This document shows, in pieces, positions 37,737 to 46,490 of a DNA stretch of 64,000 bases (within the stretch, counting starts at the first letter, position 1; each line of letters opens with the position of its first letter). The translations under genes were made by a program, and so were the position numbers. Location of the stretch: assembly GCA_963722305.1 (NCBI GenBank), contig CAVRKE010000002.1, forward strand, positions 40,566-104,565, read 5' to 3'. The notes beneath the pieces were generated by a model. It was given only the letters and a program-made list of their open reading frames with translations. It was not told the origin of the DNA and did no database searches. The stretch is from Candidatus Levyibacteriota bacterium (lineage in GTDB: Bacteria; Patescibacteriota; Microgenomatia; Levybacterales; UBA12049).

Positions 37737-38813
37737 ATGAATTTTAAAAAATCTATAATCGTGGCCGCTGCGGGAACGCTATTATTTGGAGCTCTTGCAA
37801 CCGGCGTCTTCGCGACCTCGGGAAATTTCAGAGACTGGAATTGGTTCCAGCATAATAATCACTATAACGGTAATAATAAAAATTTCAATGCCGATATCCA
37901 GCTGCAGAAATCACAGTGTGGACAAAATTTAGGCAAACCAATTATTGATGTAACGTTAAAGACTCAAAATGATGTTGATGACGGATACAACACTAACGCC
38001 GACAACGTTGAGAGTAATTGGGCTTTTGATTATTACAATAAACATATCCAGGTCTGGCCAACCGGGACATGGAACGTAACAGGAACATATACGTTCGATA
38101 CTATATACTTAGGCAACCCTTATAACTATTCCGTAACTTTGTCTCAAAGCGTAAATATAATTACGGGTAGTTTGGACGATAGCTATGGACCGGGCGTATT
38201 GCCTATAATTAATGGTTCCTTATCCGGTAATACGATTACGTTTTCGGTGAACTATGGTTCCAGTTCTTCGCAAGGTACAAGAACCTTTACGGGCACCATT
38301 GATTCGTCCGGACACATGACGGGTAAATGGACCGAAACCGGACCGGAAAAAGGTTCTGACACCTGGTCAGCCACAGTCGGAGTAGCGACAATCAGTAATA
38401 GTTACTGTGCTGTTGTTACTTATGACGGGCAATTCTATGCCATCCCGGGACAACTTAGTCCTGGTTACGGATACAATGCCCAAATTGGTTCGCCTGTAAA
38501 TGGCGATATGGACGGAGGATATAGAGCGACTTTCAATGCTACTTTTGCGCCAAGCGATTTACCGAACTGGCCAACAAACGGAAAAGTTGCATCAACTATT
38601 AATAACGCCTGCGTAGTTTATCTTAGCAAGGATAACGGAAATAACTGTAAGGGCGCTGTTGATTGGTTAAGTAAATACTTTACTTCCACAGAAGTTCCGG
38701 CTTTTAATTCTTTTAACGAAGTATGGTGGGGCTGGAAATATGATGGCGGAAGTCATGGAACTTGGATTGACGCAAGCGATCTTACAAACGGAAGCTTGGG
38801 GAATATCCAATAG
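37737..38813 (+). CDS. Secreted hypothetical protein
   Basis: Signal peptide. 358 aa, Gly/Asn/Thr/Trp-rich, with no recognisable catalytic motif. Confidence 0.4.
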   Translation: MNFKKSIIVAAAGTLLFGALATGVFATSGNFRDWNWFQHNNHYNGNNKNFNADIQLQKSQCGQNLGKPIIDVTLKTQNDVDDGYNTNADNVESNWAFDYYNKHIQVWPTGTWNVTGTYTFDTIYLGNPYNYSVTLSQSVNIITGSLDDSYGPGVLPIINGSLSGNTITFSVNYGSSSSQGTRTFTGTIDSSGHMTGKWTETGPEKGSDTWSATVGVATISNSYCAVVTYDGQFYAIPGQLSPGYGYNAQIGSPVNGDMDGGYRATFNATFAPSDLPNWPTNGKVASTINNACVVYLSKDNGNNCKGAVDWLSKYFTSTEVPAFNSFNEVWWGWKYDGGSHGTWIDASDLTNGSLGNIQ

Positions 38814-38830
38814 TATATTAACCTACTCTA

Positions 38831-38860
38831 AAACAGACGGATTAAACCCCGTCTGTTTTT
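38831..38860 (+). terminator. Intrinsic terminator AACAGACGG-ATTAAACC-CCGTCTGTT + T6
   Basis: Read from the sequence. Confidence 0.65.
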
Positions 38861-39050
38861 TATTTAAAAATTGATAATTAGGTTTAAAAAAACTCTTTTA
38901 GTAAAGAATCCTTTTATTTAAATATCTCTGATTCCCCATTATTGTAAATCAAGTTTTTGTTATCATCTAAAAAATCTTCCGGCGCTTTGGTTTCGGAGAA
39001 TACTGCCGGTATATTTGACTCTCTAGCTATTTCTGCTAGAATGGCCGAGC

Positions 39051-40058
39051 ATGAAAGACGGAGAAAGGAGGCTGGGGCTTTTTGCCACGTTGGCATACGC
39101 AGCAGCAGTCGCTGTTTCTTGTCGCGGAGGTGGCATGGCTCCAAGAACTCCAAGCGTGCCATCGCCAGTCGGTCCTGGTCCGACAGAAATGTTACGCTCA
39201 CCAACAATAGCACCAACGACAGCACCGATTTTAGAACTGACTCCAACGCCTGACAGTAGTAATCCCTCCGGTGTGGCAATGCCGGTTGGTGATATTCCCG
39301 GCTGGCACATGATATTTAGCGATGATTTCAACGCGAATGTACCGGTCGGAGAATTTAGTGGCTGCAGACCTTCTCCTCCTCTAGTTTGTAGGGGACTTCC
39401 TGCTAGCGTACGGGCAAAATGGTGGGCTTATCCGGACGGATGGCCCGACACCAGCGGAAACGGTGAGTATTATCCTTCAACGGTGTTAAGCGAGGAAGGT
39501 AGTATATTAAATATGCATCTTCATACGGCGGATGGAATTCATATGGTAGCAGCTCCGGTGCCTTTATTGCCAAAGCAAGACACTGTTGGCAGTGAAGGCG
39601 GATTGGAATATGGCCGTTATGTGATTCGTTTCCGTGCTGATGCAATCTCCGGTTACAAAACTGCCTGGTTACTCTGGCCGGAAAGCGAAAACGGGCTTAA
39701 AGATGGGGAAATCGATTTTCCCGAAGGGAACCTAACCGGCAACATTGACGCCTTTATGCATTGGCAGAACGGAACATCAGGAAAATCTCATGACGCCTAT
39801 ATGACCGACATAACCTATACGGTCTGGCATACGGCAGAAATTGACTGGACGCCGACATCGGTAACTTTTTTACTTGATGGGGTAAAAGTTGGAGAATCAA
39901 CCGCCAAAATACCCGATACGCCAATGCACTGGGTGCTGCAGACCGAAACATCAACCGTCGGCCCAGTCCCAACTAATACAGCTTCGGGAAATGTTCAAGT
40001 TGATTGGGTTGCCGTATATGTACCCAGTAACAACCCGCAGCCGCAAGCTGCTTTCTGA
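39051..40058 (+). CDS. Glycoside hydrolase family 16-like lipoprotein (beta-glucanase/laminarinase type)
   Basis: Lipoprotein signal RRLGLFATLAYAAAVAVSC. Pro/Thr linker. GH16 catalytic motif E-x-D-x-x-E in DGEIDFPEG. The region is GC-rich relative to its surroundings. Confidence 0.65.
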   Translation: MKDGERRLGLFATLAYAAAVAVSCRGGGMAPRTPSVPSPVGPGPTEMLRSPTIAPTTAPILELTPTPDSSNPSGVAMPVGDIPGWHMIFSDDFNANVPVGEFSGCRPSPPLVCRGLPASVRAKWWAYPDGWPDTSGNGEYYPSTVLSEEGSILNMHLHTADGIHMVAAPVPLLPKQDTVGSEGGLEYGRYVIRFRADAISGYKTAWLLWPESENGLKDGEIDFPEGNLTGNIDAFMHWQNGTSGKSHDAYMTDITYTVWHTAEIDWTPTSVTFLLDGVKVGESTAKIPDTPMHWVLQTETSTVGPVPTNTASGNVQVDWVAVYVPSNNPQPQAAF

Positions 40059-40716
40059 TCCTTTTTTGTCTGTCCATTACTTTTACCTCTAAATCATAAT
40101 TCCTACGGCTTTTGTAAATTAAGCCTATTCCCCCGGGTAATTTATGGGTTGTGACCCGCGTCGCATGATCTACGATTTAGGACGTACACTTGTGGTTCGA
40201 GTCTTGAGCCGGAGGAAAATTCAGTATCGCTGGACTAATCACGGAGTATAATTCCTAGTAGCTGGAAACCCTTTGCTGATAGAGAAGATTTATCGTCTTC
40301 TCTGCAAGTTTATCCAGCAAACTATTGTAAACTGCTAAAAATTTAGCAGATATCTTTAATAAAATGTTAACCCGTATGCTGTTTCTTTTCATATCTTCAA
40401 TCTATAACCCTTACCTTAAATTTTGCTTAAAACTTGTAGCTTGTCTTTTTCCAATTGCCAATAGCCTACTACAGTTTACGTCAAATATTGCTCCACCGTT
40501 TTTTCTGCTTGACAAAGCAATCTAAAAGAGATAAAGTTTACCTACACTAAGTCTGCCTCATTGTTAGGAACTGTCCACGAATCATCTGCCAACTGCCAAA
40601 AAAATCTACTGCCTGGTTAATTAAAAATTAATTTAGGAACAGAAAAATTTAAAAAAATCTTTAGACTTATGGATTCGACAAATAACGGAAACTTATTTGT
40701 TAAGAGGCTAAGTGCA

Positions 40717-40757
40717 AACCGATGTTTATATAGCGGAGATAAAGCATCGGTTTTTTT
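40717..40757 (+). terminator. Strong intrinsic terminator (AACCGATGTTTAT-loop-ATAAAGCATCGGTT + T7)
   Basis: Read from the sequence. Ends a ~700-nt non-coding stretch. Confidence 0.6.
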
Positions 40758-40814
40758 GTGGAAAATACATAAATTTAATTAATTAAACTTATGACGAAGG
40801 GAGGTGAAATATAA

Positions 40815-41231
40815 ATGAAAAAACTTTTAATAACAGGAGCAGCCGCAGGACTTTTATTAGTTTCTGCAGCAGCAGCTTTTGCTAAACCACCTATGCCAGG
40901 AACATCCAACATGGCATTTGTTACCAGCAACGTTAGCGCATCTTCCGTAACAGGAGGAAATAGTACCAGCGCAACTTGGGGTAGCAATAGAGTTACAACG
41001 GGAAATGCCTACTCAACAGCAGGAGCAGGTACTCTTGCTAATACAAACGTCGGAGGCGGAAACGCATCCAATACTGCGTTTGTTCTCAGCAATGTTGGTG
41101 CAGGTTCCTCAACAGGAGGAAACTCGACAGTCGCATCTGGGTTTGGTAGCAATACCGTTACAACGGGAAATGCCCACTCAACAGCAGGAGCGCTGACCGT
41201 GGTTAACACCAACCTGTCATTCGGTAGATAA
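40815..41231 (+). CDS. Small secreted protein made of two ~50-aa N/T/S/G-rich repeats (novel repeat family)
   Basis: Signal peptide. Repeat units NMAFVTSNVSASSVTGGNSTSATWGSNRVTTGNAYSTAGAGTLANTN and NTAFVLSNVGAGSSTGGNSTVASGFGSNTVTTGNAHSTAGALTVVNTN. Confidence 0.5.
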   Translation: MKKLLITGAAAGLLLVSAAAAFAKPPMPGTSNMAFVTSNVSASSVTGGNSTSATWGSNRVTTGNAYSTAGAGTLANTNVGGGNASNTAFVLSNVGAGSSTGGNSTVASGFGSNTVTTGNAHSTAGALTVVNTNLSFGR

Positions 41232-41407
41232 ACCGAAATTCTTTTTTGTCCCTGGGGAAGAGGTATGCCTTAGGCACTCTTCCCCGGGACGAAAGAATTT
41301 ACCCTGTTAAATGCTATAGCGCTGCACCAGCTTTGCCGGTATTTAACAGGGTGAACCCGCAGGGCGGGAAGATTTAAGAAATAAGATTTAGGATTTAAGA
41401 ATTAAAA

Positions 41408-43591
41408 ATGAAAAGACAATTTAGAAAATCAATCGCACTGCTCTTAACAGTATTCTTACTGTTTTTCTACGTGGCTTATCCGGTGCTGTCTTACGCCCAG
41501 GACGTTCCGACCGATACGCCAACGCCAACAGTTGATCCTTCGTCAAGCTCAGGACCTTCGGCGCCGACTGATACTCCGACACCAACCGTTGACCCTTCGG
41601 TAACGGACACGCCAACACCAACAGTTGATCCGACAGCTACCGACACTCCAACACCAACCATTGATCCATCGGCAGATCCTACTGATACGCCAACGGTAAC
41701 TCCGACCGATACGCCAACACCTACCACCGACATTTCTAACAATGCTGACGTTAACGACAATAGTCAATCGGATGCCAATAGCGGCGACAATACCATCATT
41801 AGTACCGGCAGTGCAACCGATGATGCCACCCCTTCGGCCGATGACAATTCCCAAAATCCAACCGATGACTCAACGGGAGCAGGTCAAAACGGTTCTTCAG
41901 CTGGCTCATCAATTAACACCGGCGACGCCACTTCGTCAACCTCGATTGTTAATGATGTCAACACTAACTCTATAAATTCCAGCGTTGTCAACCAAACGCT
42001 GAACATTTTTGTCGCCCAAAACGGCGACCTGAATTTGTCCGACCCTTTCACGATTGCGGCCGACGCCATTTCCGCTCATCCGCTGGACAGCGTCATTAAC
42101 GTTTCCGTCACCAATGTCAATAACTATGCCTATATTACCAACGACGTTGCCTCACAAGCTTTAACCGGACAAAACTTGATCAGTACCGCCGACCAAAGCG
42201 CTTCGCTGACTACCGGAAGCGCCGACAGCGCAGTTTCGCTTTTAAACAAAGTCAATTTTACGGTGGTTAATTCGCAAATCCATTTGGTGACAATAAACAT
42301 TTTTGGCAACTTAAACGGCAACATCATTTTGCCCGACCCAACCGCTTCGACCAATTGTTCTGGTTGCGGTGTAAGTACCACTATTAATAATACCGCTACG
42401 GTTAACAATAATCTTAGCTCAACTGCCGATACCGGTAATAATTCAATTGTGGCCTCAGGCAGCGCCACCATTGTAACCGGAAATGCCCAAAGCGCTGTTA
42501 ATACTTTAAACATTGTTAATACCAATCTCTTAGGCGCTAATGCCGAAGTTTTATATATTAACGATTTAGGGACTTGGAATGGCAATTTTATCGGCTGGGG
42601 TAATTTTGCGGCGACCAGTGGCGGAGGAAGCCTGGTCCTTTACAGTCTTACTCCCGGCGCAGGCGGCTCTCCAACCGACCTGACTCAAGCCGGCATTACT
42701 AATACTGCTTTTGTCACTAACAACGTTTCCTCTTTGGCTTTAAGCGGCGGCAATTCGATTAACGGCGGGAATTCTTCGATTACCACCGGCAATGCTTTCA
42801 GCGCCATTTCTTTAATGAATTTTATTAACACTAATTTTATCAACTCGTTTGGTTTTTTTGGCTTTATTAATATTTTCGGTAACTGGACCGGCAATATTGG
42901 CGGAGCCAGTCAGTTTGCCGCTTTGAATGCAGCCAATTCCGATACTTCCCCATCCAGCGACTCGGGGACCGGTAACGCAAATACGACTCAGGACCAAGGC
43001 GGACAGCTAAGTATTGATAATACCAATAATGTCGGCTTATATGCTTTACCCGGCGATACGGTCACATTCTTCATGACAATTAAAAATAGCGGAACCGGTA
43101 AAGTTTATGGGACAAAACTAAACTTGACGCTTATGCATAACGGTCAAGCCTTAGGAACAGCCAGCTTTGCTTTGGGTGATATTGCCGGAGGGCAAAGTGG
43201 AAAAGTCACCACCGGCATTGTTCTTCCCAAAAATACTCTTCCGGGCTATTACATTGCGGTCGCAGATGTTAGCGGCAATGTCGGACCGGACAACAGTTCT
43301 GTTTCGGCCAACTCCAATAGTGACTTTACGGTTTTTGGTAGGACCATTGTCGCCGCTGCCAGCTATAACGGTGGCAACCATCCAAAAACGGCTGTTTTAG
43401 GCTCGACAAATAAAAAAGGTCTGGCTATTAAAAGCGCTGCTGAAAACTTGCTCTATCTTTCCTTAATTTTCCTACTGCTTTTTGTCTATTTCTCTTTAAG
43501 ATTAATCAGAGGCAGAAAATATCTGCTTGAAGTAATCTCCAGCCCCAGTTTTAAAGAAAAACTGGTCTCGATACGGATGCTGCTTTTATAA
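41408..43591 (+). CDS. Large surface protein: signal/TM, Pro-Thr repeat linker, at least 4 copies of the same N/T/S repeat, DUF11/CARDB-like domain, C-terminal TM anchor
   Basis: PTDTPTPTVDPS x6. Repeats such as NTAFVTNNVSSLALSGGNSINGGNSSITTGNAFSAISLMNFINTN. DUF11-like LYALPGDTVTFFMTIKNSGTGKVYGT. C-terminal LYLSLIFLLLFVYFSL. Confidence 0.55.
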   Translation: MKRQFRKSIALLLTVFLLFFYVAYPVLSYAQDVPTDTPTPTVDPSSSSGPSAPTDTPTPTVDPSVTDTPTPTVDPTATDTPTPTIDPSADPTDTPTVTPTDTPTPTTDISNNADVNDNSQSDANSGDNTIISTGSATDDATPSADDNSQNPTDDSTGAGQNGSSAGSSINTGDATSSTSIVNDVNTNSINSSVVNQTLNIFVAQNGDLNLSDPFTIAADAISAHPLDSVINVSVTNVNNYAYITNDVASQALTGQNLISTADQSASLTTGSADSAVSLLNKVNFTVVNSQIHLVTINIFGNLNGNIILPDPTASTNCSGCGVSTTINNTATVNNNLSSTADTGNNSIVASGSATIVTGNAQSAVNTLNIVNTNLLGANAEVLYINDLGTWNGNFIGWGNFAATSGGGSLVLYSLTPGAGGSPTDLTQAGITNTAFVTNNVSSLALSGGNSINGGNSSITTGNAFSAISLMNFINTNFINSFGFFGFINIFGNWTGNIGGASQFAALNAANSDTSPSSDSGTGNANTTQDQGGQLSIDNTNNVGLYALPGDTVTFFMTIKNSGTGKVYGTKLNLTLMHNGQALGTASFALGDIAGGQSGKVTTGIVLPKNTLPGYYIAVADVSGNVGPDNSSVSANSNSDFTVFGRTIVAAASYNGGNHPKTAVLGSTNKKGLAIKSAAENLLYLSLIFLLLFVYFSLRLIRGRKYLLEVISSPSFKEKLVSIRMLLL
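41500..41725 (+). repeat. Imperfect tandem DNA repeats (~33-36 bp units) encoding the PTDTPTPTVDPS linker
   Basis: Repeated CCGAC(C/T)GATAC(G/T)CCAAC(A/G)CCAAC(A/C)GTTGATCC units are visible in the sequence. Confidence 0.5.
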
Positions 43592-43594
43592 AGA

Positions 43595-44197
43595 CTATTG
43601 TTTGATGTATAAGAGGTAGGGAATAATCCCCAAAATATTAATCAAAGCCGCAAGCAAGAATAAAGGCCCAAAACCGTACAGGCTGGCAATAAATCCCCCC
43701 AGGGCTGTTGCCAAAGCAATTCCGAGCAGGGTCACCGCATCATAAAGTCCCCACTCCGTTGGTTCCTTATTGTGGTCTAAATGAGCAGAAAACAAAGAGT
43801 TTTTGGCCGGAGTGGCAATGCCGATGGCTATTCCGGTAATCACATAGTAAAAAAATAATTGGACCAATGAGTGGGAGAAGGAAAATCCAACGTAAGCGCC
43901 GCTTAGTAAAATCATACCGATAATCGTCATCCACAGTTTATGGAAATCGCTTTTGCCGGTTGAATATCTCCCTGCAATCACTTCGACAATGACTCTGGTA
44001 ATCAGATAAAAACTGAAGGCCGAGGCGGCAATTTGGATATTCCCGCCTTTAATATCGTTAATGACAAAAATGGCAAATATCGGAGTGACAAAATTCCAGG
44101 CAGCCCAGAAAAAAGTTTCGGATACAATAAACGCTTCAACAATCCGGTTAAGATTAAAATGAGAAGGAACTCTCCCAATAAAGGTTTCCCTAAGCAT
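43595..44197 (-). CDS. Six-TM membrane protein resembling the C-terminal half of an MFS transporter (possibly truncated)
   Basis: 200 aa. Loop motif IAGRYSTGKSDFHKLW between TMs resembles the MFS motif. No N-terminal half upstream. Confidence 0.4.
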   Translation of the reverse strand: MLRETFIGRVPSHFNLNRIVEAFIVSETFFWAAWNFVTPIFAIFVINDIKGGNIQIAASAFSFYLITRVIVEVIAGRYSTGKSDFHKLWMTIIGMILLSGAYVGFSFSHSLVQLFFYYVITGIAIGIATPAKNSLFSAHLDHNKEPTEWGLYDAVTLLGIALATALGGFIASLYGFGPLFLLAALINILGIIPYLLYIKQ

Positions 44198-44242
44198 AAT
44201 TTATTGTAACCACAATTGTTTGTAAAACACAATCGGAGGCTT

Positions 44243-45382
44243 TTAGTTTACATCCTTACCCACTGCTTCGGAAATGTTGATGAAACCGTCTTTTTTCAGC
44301 AGCTCGACCAGCTCAATATTGATTTGAGCCACCAGTTGCGGCCCGACAAAAATTAAACCCGTAATTAACTGTATTAGAGATGCCCCGAGTTTGATTTTCC
44401 GGTACGCGTCTTTGGCGCTGAACACTCCTCCACAACCGACAATCACCAACTGATGAGCGTATTTCCGATACGCCAGTTCGATTAATTCGTTAGAACGCTG
44501 CTCGGTCGGTTTTCCGCTAAAATTCCCCAGCGGAAATTTTTTAATTTCTGCGGCGTTGAAGGTTTTGTCTTTTCGGTTTTTTTGCAAGTTTCCAAAGACA
44601 ACTCCGGCTACGGGAAAATTTGTAATGACATCTAACATTTTTTCCGTTTCTTCATTGCTTGTCTCAATCGGCATCTTTACCAGTAACGGCTTTTTCAACT
44701 TAAGATTCGTGACGGCAGTTAAAAGTTCCTTAAGATGTTGGGGAGAATAAAAATCTACATCGCCAAAAAGATTAGGGCAACTGATATTCAATTCGTAATA
44801 ACTGAAATTTACTCTTGAGCACTCGGCTATTTTGAAGGCGGAGACAATGTCCTCAACCGCTTCTTTTTGAGTCATTTCTTTAACGCTATTTGTTTTGCCG
44901 ATGCTTATTCCGACCGGAATTTTGAATCTGGTTTTTTGCAACTTTTTTACAATTTCTTTTATCCCGGGATTTTTAAAACCTTTATTCACCATTAAAGCTT
45001 TTGATTTAGTCAGTCTGCCAAGTCTTGGTTTCGGATTGCCGCCATAGGCATGATTAGTGATAGTACCAACCGTATCAAAGCCAAAACCAAGCGAAGGCAA
45101 AATTTTAGTTAGCTTTGCCTGATAATCAAATCCGGCGGCCAGTCCGATTGGGTTTTCAAATTCAATTCCGGCAACGGTTTGTGATAATTTTCTGTTTTTA
45201 AAATAAAAAATTCTTTTAAGCAAACTTCTGGAGAATCCTAAATCACCTAAGATTTTTCCGTAACTGGTGATAAATTCGTGAACAAATTCCGGCTCGAATA
45301 AAAACAAAACTCTTTTTATTAAACTGCCGTAAAGCAACGAATAACCCCTCAGGAAAAATTTCTGCATTATTGAATTATACAA
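44243..45382 (-). CDS. pyrD: Dihydroorotate dehydrogenase (class 2-like)
   Basis: GLAAGFDYQA, GFGFDTVGTIT...GNPKPRL, NKGFKN, LNISCPN, PLLVKMP, VIVGCGGV...GASLIQLITGLIFVGP align with E. coli PyrD motifs. Confidence 0.75.
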   Translation of the reverse strand: MYNSIMQKFFLRGYSLLYGSLIKRVLFLFEPEFVHEFITSYGKILGDLGFSRSLLKRIFYFKNRKLSQTVAGIEFENPIGLAAGFDYQAKLTKILPSLGFGFDTVGTITNHAYGGNPKPRLGRLTKSKALMVNKGFKNPGIKEIVKKLQKTRFKIPVGISIGKTNSVKEMTQKEAVEDIVSAFKIAECSRVNFSYYELNISCPNLFGDVDFYSPQHLKELLTAVTNLKLKKPLLVKMPIETSNEETEKMLDVITNFPVAGVVFGNLQKNRKDKTFNAAEIKKFPLGNFSGKPTEQRSNELIELAYRKYAHQLVIVGCGGVFSAKDAYRKIKLGASLIQLITGLIFVGPQLVAQINIELVELLKKDGFINISEAVGKDVN

Positions 45383-45432
45383 CGGACGTCAGCTTAATTG
45401 AAGAGGAATTACAACTCTGCTAGAATCTGTCT

Positions 45433-46476
45433 ATGGGCAAAGAAAAACAGAATCTATACAATCCTGTCATCGACATCTTAAGGACAATTTCCATCTTTGC
45501 GGTAATATTGGTCCACACTACCACCAGAACACTTGAAGTTACTAAGTACAATCTATTAAAAACTCCCTGGACGCTGTTTTTGAATCAGGCCGCCCGCTTT
45601 GCCGTTCCCCTCTTTTTTATGATCTCCGGTTTTGTGCTGGAGTTAAATTATCATTTGCACGAAAGCTATCTTACCTATCTTAAAAAAAGATTCAGCCGGA
45701 TCTTTGTCCCTTATGTTTTTTGGAGTATAATTTATTATTTTTTTGTTTACTATAAAAACCGTGACCCTAATTTTTTACGCTCTTTGATTTTCGGAGACGC
45801 ATCTTATCAGCTCTATTTTATCCCGTCACTGCTAATTTTCTATTTGCTTTTTCCGTTTTTGCATAAATATTTCAAACTTGTTGGTAATAAATGGATGATG
45901 ATTGCACTTGGCTTATTCCAACTCTTTTTTCTTTACTTTGATTACAACATCAAAGCTCTGCCGTTTTATTATCCACTGAATATTGCTTTGTTAAATTACT
46001 TTGTTTTTATCTTAGGCATGTCTTTAGCCCGCAATCAGAAAATATTCTTGAACTTTATTAAACAATGGAAAATGGTATTATTTGTTGGAACAGTACTTTT
46101 TGCTTGCCTGGTTTTTTTTGAAGGCTTAACCGGTTACCTGGCAACTAAAAATTACGGCCTGTTTTACTCCTCATGGCGCCCGAGCATCCTGGTTTACACT
46201 CTCTTTTTTGCCGGCTTTATGTACTGGGTTTTTGACCGCAAGTTAAAATTTATTTCAATTATAAAAATTTTTGCCAAACTATCCTTTTTTGTATTTTTTA
46301 TTCATGTAATTATTCTTGAAGCACTCTGGTACTTAATCGGAGTCAAAATCTTCCAGCTAAGACTTGCACAGCAAGTTTGGTACGACCCTTTGTATTTTTT
46401 GGCAGTGACTGGCATCTCGTTTTCAATTGCCTACCTCGTCCACAAAATTCCGTATCTGTCCAAACTGACAGGGTAA
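45433..46476 (+). CDS. Acyltransferase family 3 membrane O-acyltransferase
   Basis: N-terminal ILRTISIFAVILVHTT (Acyl_transf_3 signature), about 10 TMs. Confidence 0.75.
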   Translation: MGKEKQNLYNPVIDILRTISIFAVILVHTTTRTLEVTKYNLLKTPWTLFLNQAARFAVPLFFMISGFVLELNYHLHESYLTYLKKRFSRIFVPYVFWSIIYYFFVYYKNRDPNFLRSLIFGDASYQLYFIPSLLIFYLLFPFLHKYFKLVGNKWMMIALGLFQLFFLYFDYNIKALPFYYPLNIALLNYFVFILGMSLARNQKIFLNFIKQWKMVLFVGTVLFACLVFFEGLTGYLATKNYGLFYSSWRPSILVYTLFFAGFMYWVFDRKLKFISIIKIFAKLSFFVFFIHVIILEALWYLIGVKIFQLRLAQQVWYDPLYFLAVTGISFSIAYLVHKIPYLSKLTG

Positions 46477-46490
46477 ACTTATTTACTCCC

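Noticed and set aside
38914-39279. 121-aa minus-strand ORF overlapping the GH16 gene start
   Set aside because: It lies antisense within a GC-rich coding region where spurious open frames are expected. The GH16 frame has clear signal-peptide and catalytic motifs.
40150-40260. tRNA-like T-loop string GGTTCGAGTC and GC-rich flanks, a possible tRNA or integration att remnant beside the GH16 island
   Set aside because: The flanking 5 nt (TGTGG / CTTGA) do not pair as a T-stem. No acceptor or anticodon arms could be built on either strand.
40660-40700. tmRNA-like GGATTCGAC motif
   Set aside because: The 12 nt upstream (CTTTAGACTTAT) lack the G-rich acceptor strand (GGGG...) required for a tmRNA 5' end. 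No matching 3' T-arm/CCA end was found.
41301-41352. MITE derived from the IS1595 element (shared ACCCTGTT core with the TIR)
   Set aside because: Only 8 nt are shared with the 22-bp TIR. There is no flanking target duplication. Better described as a hairpin or short dispersed repeat of unknown nature.
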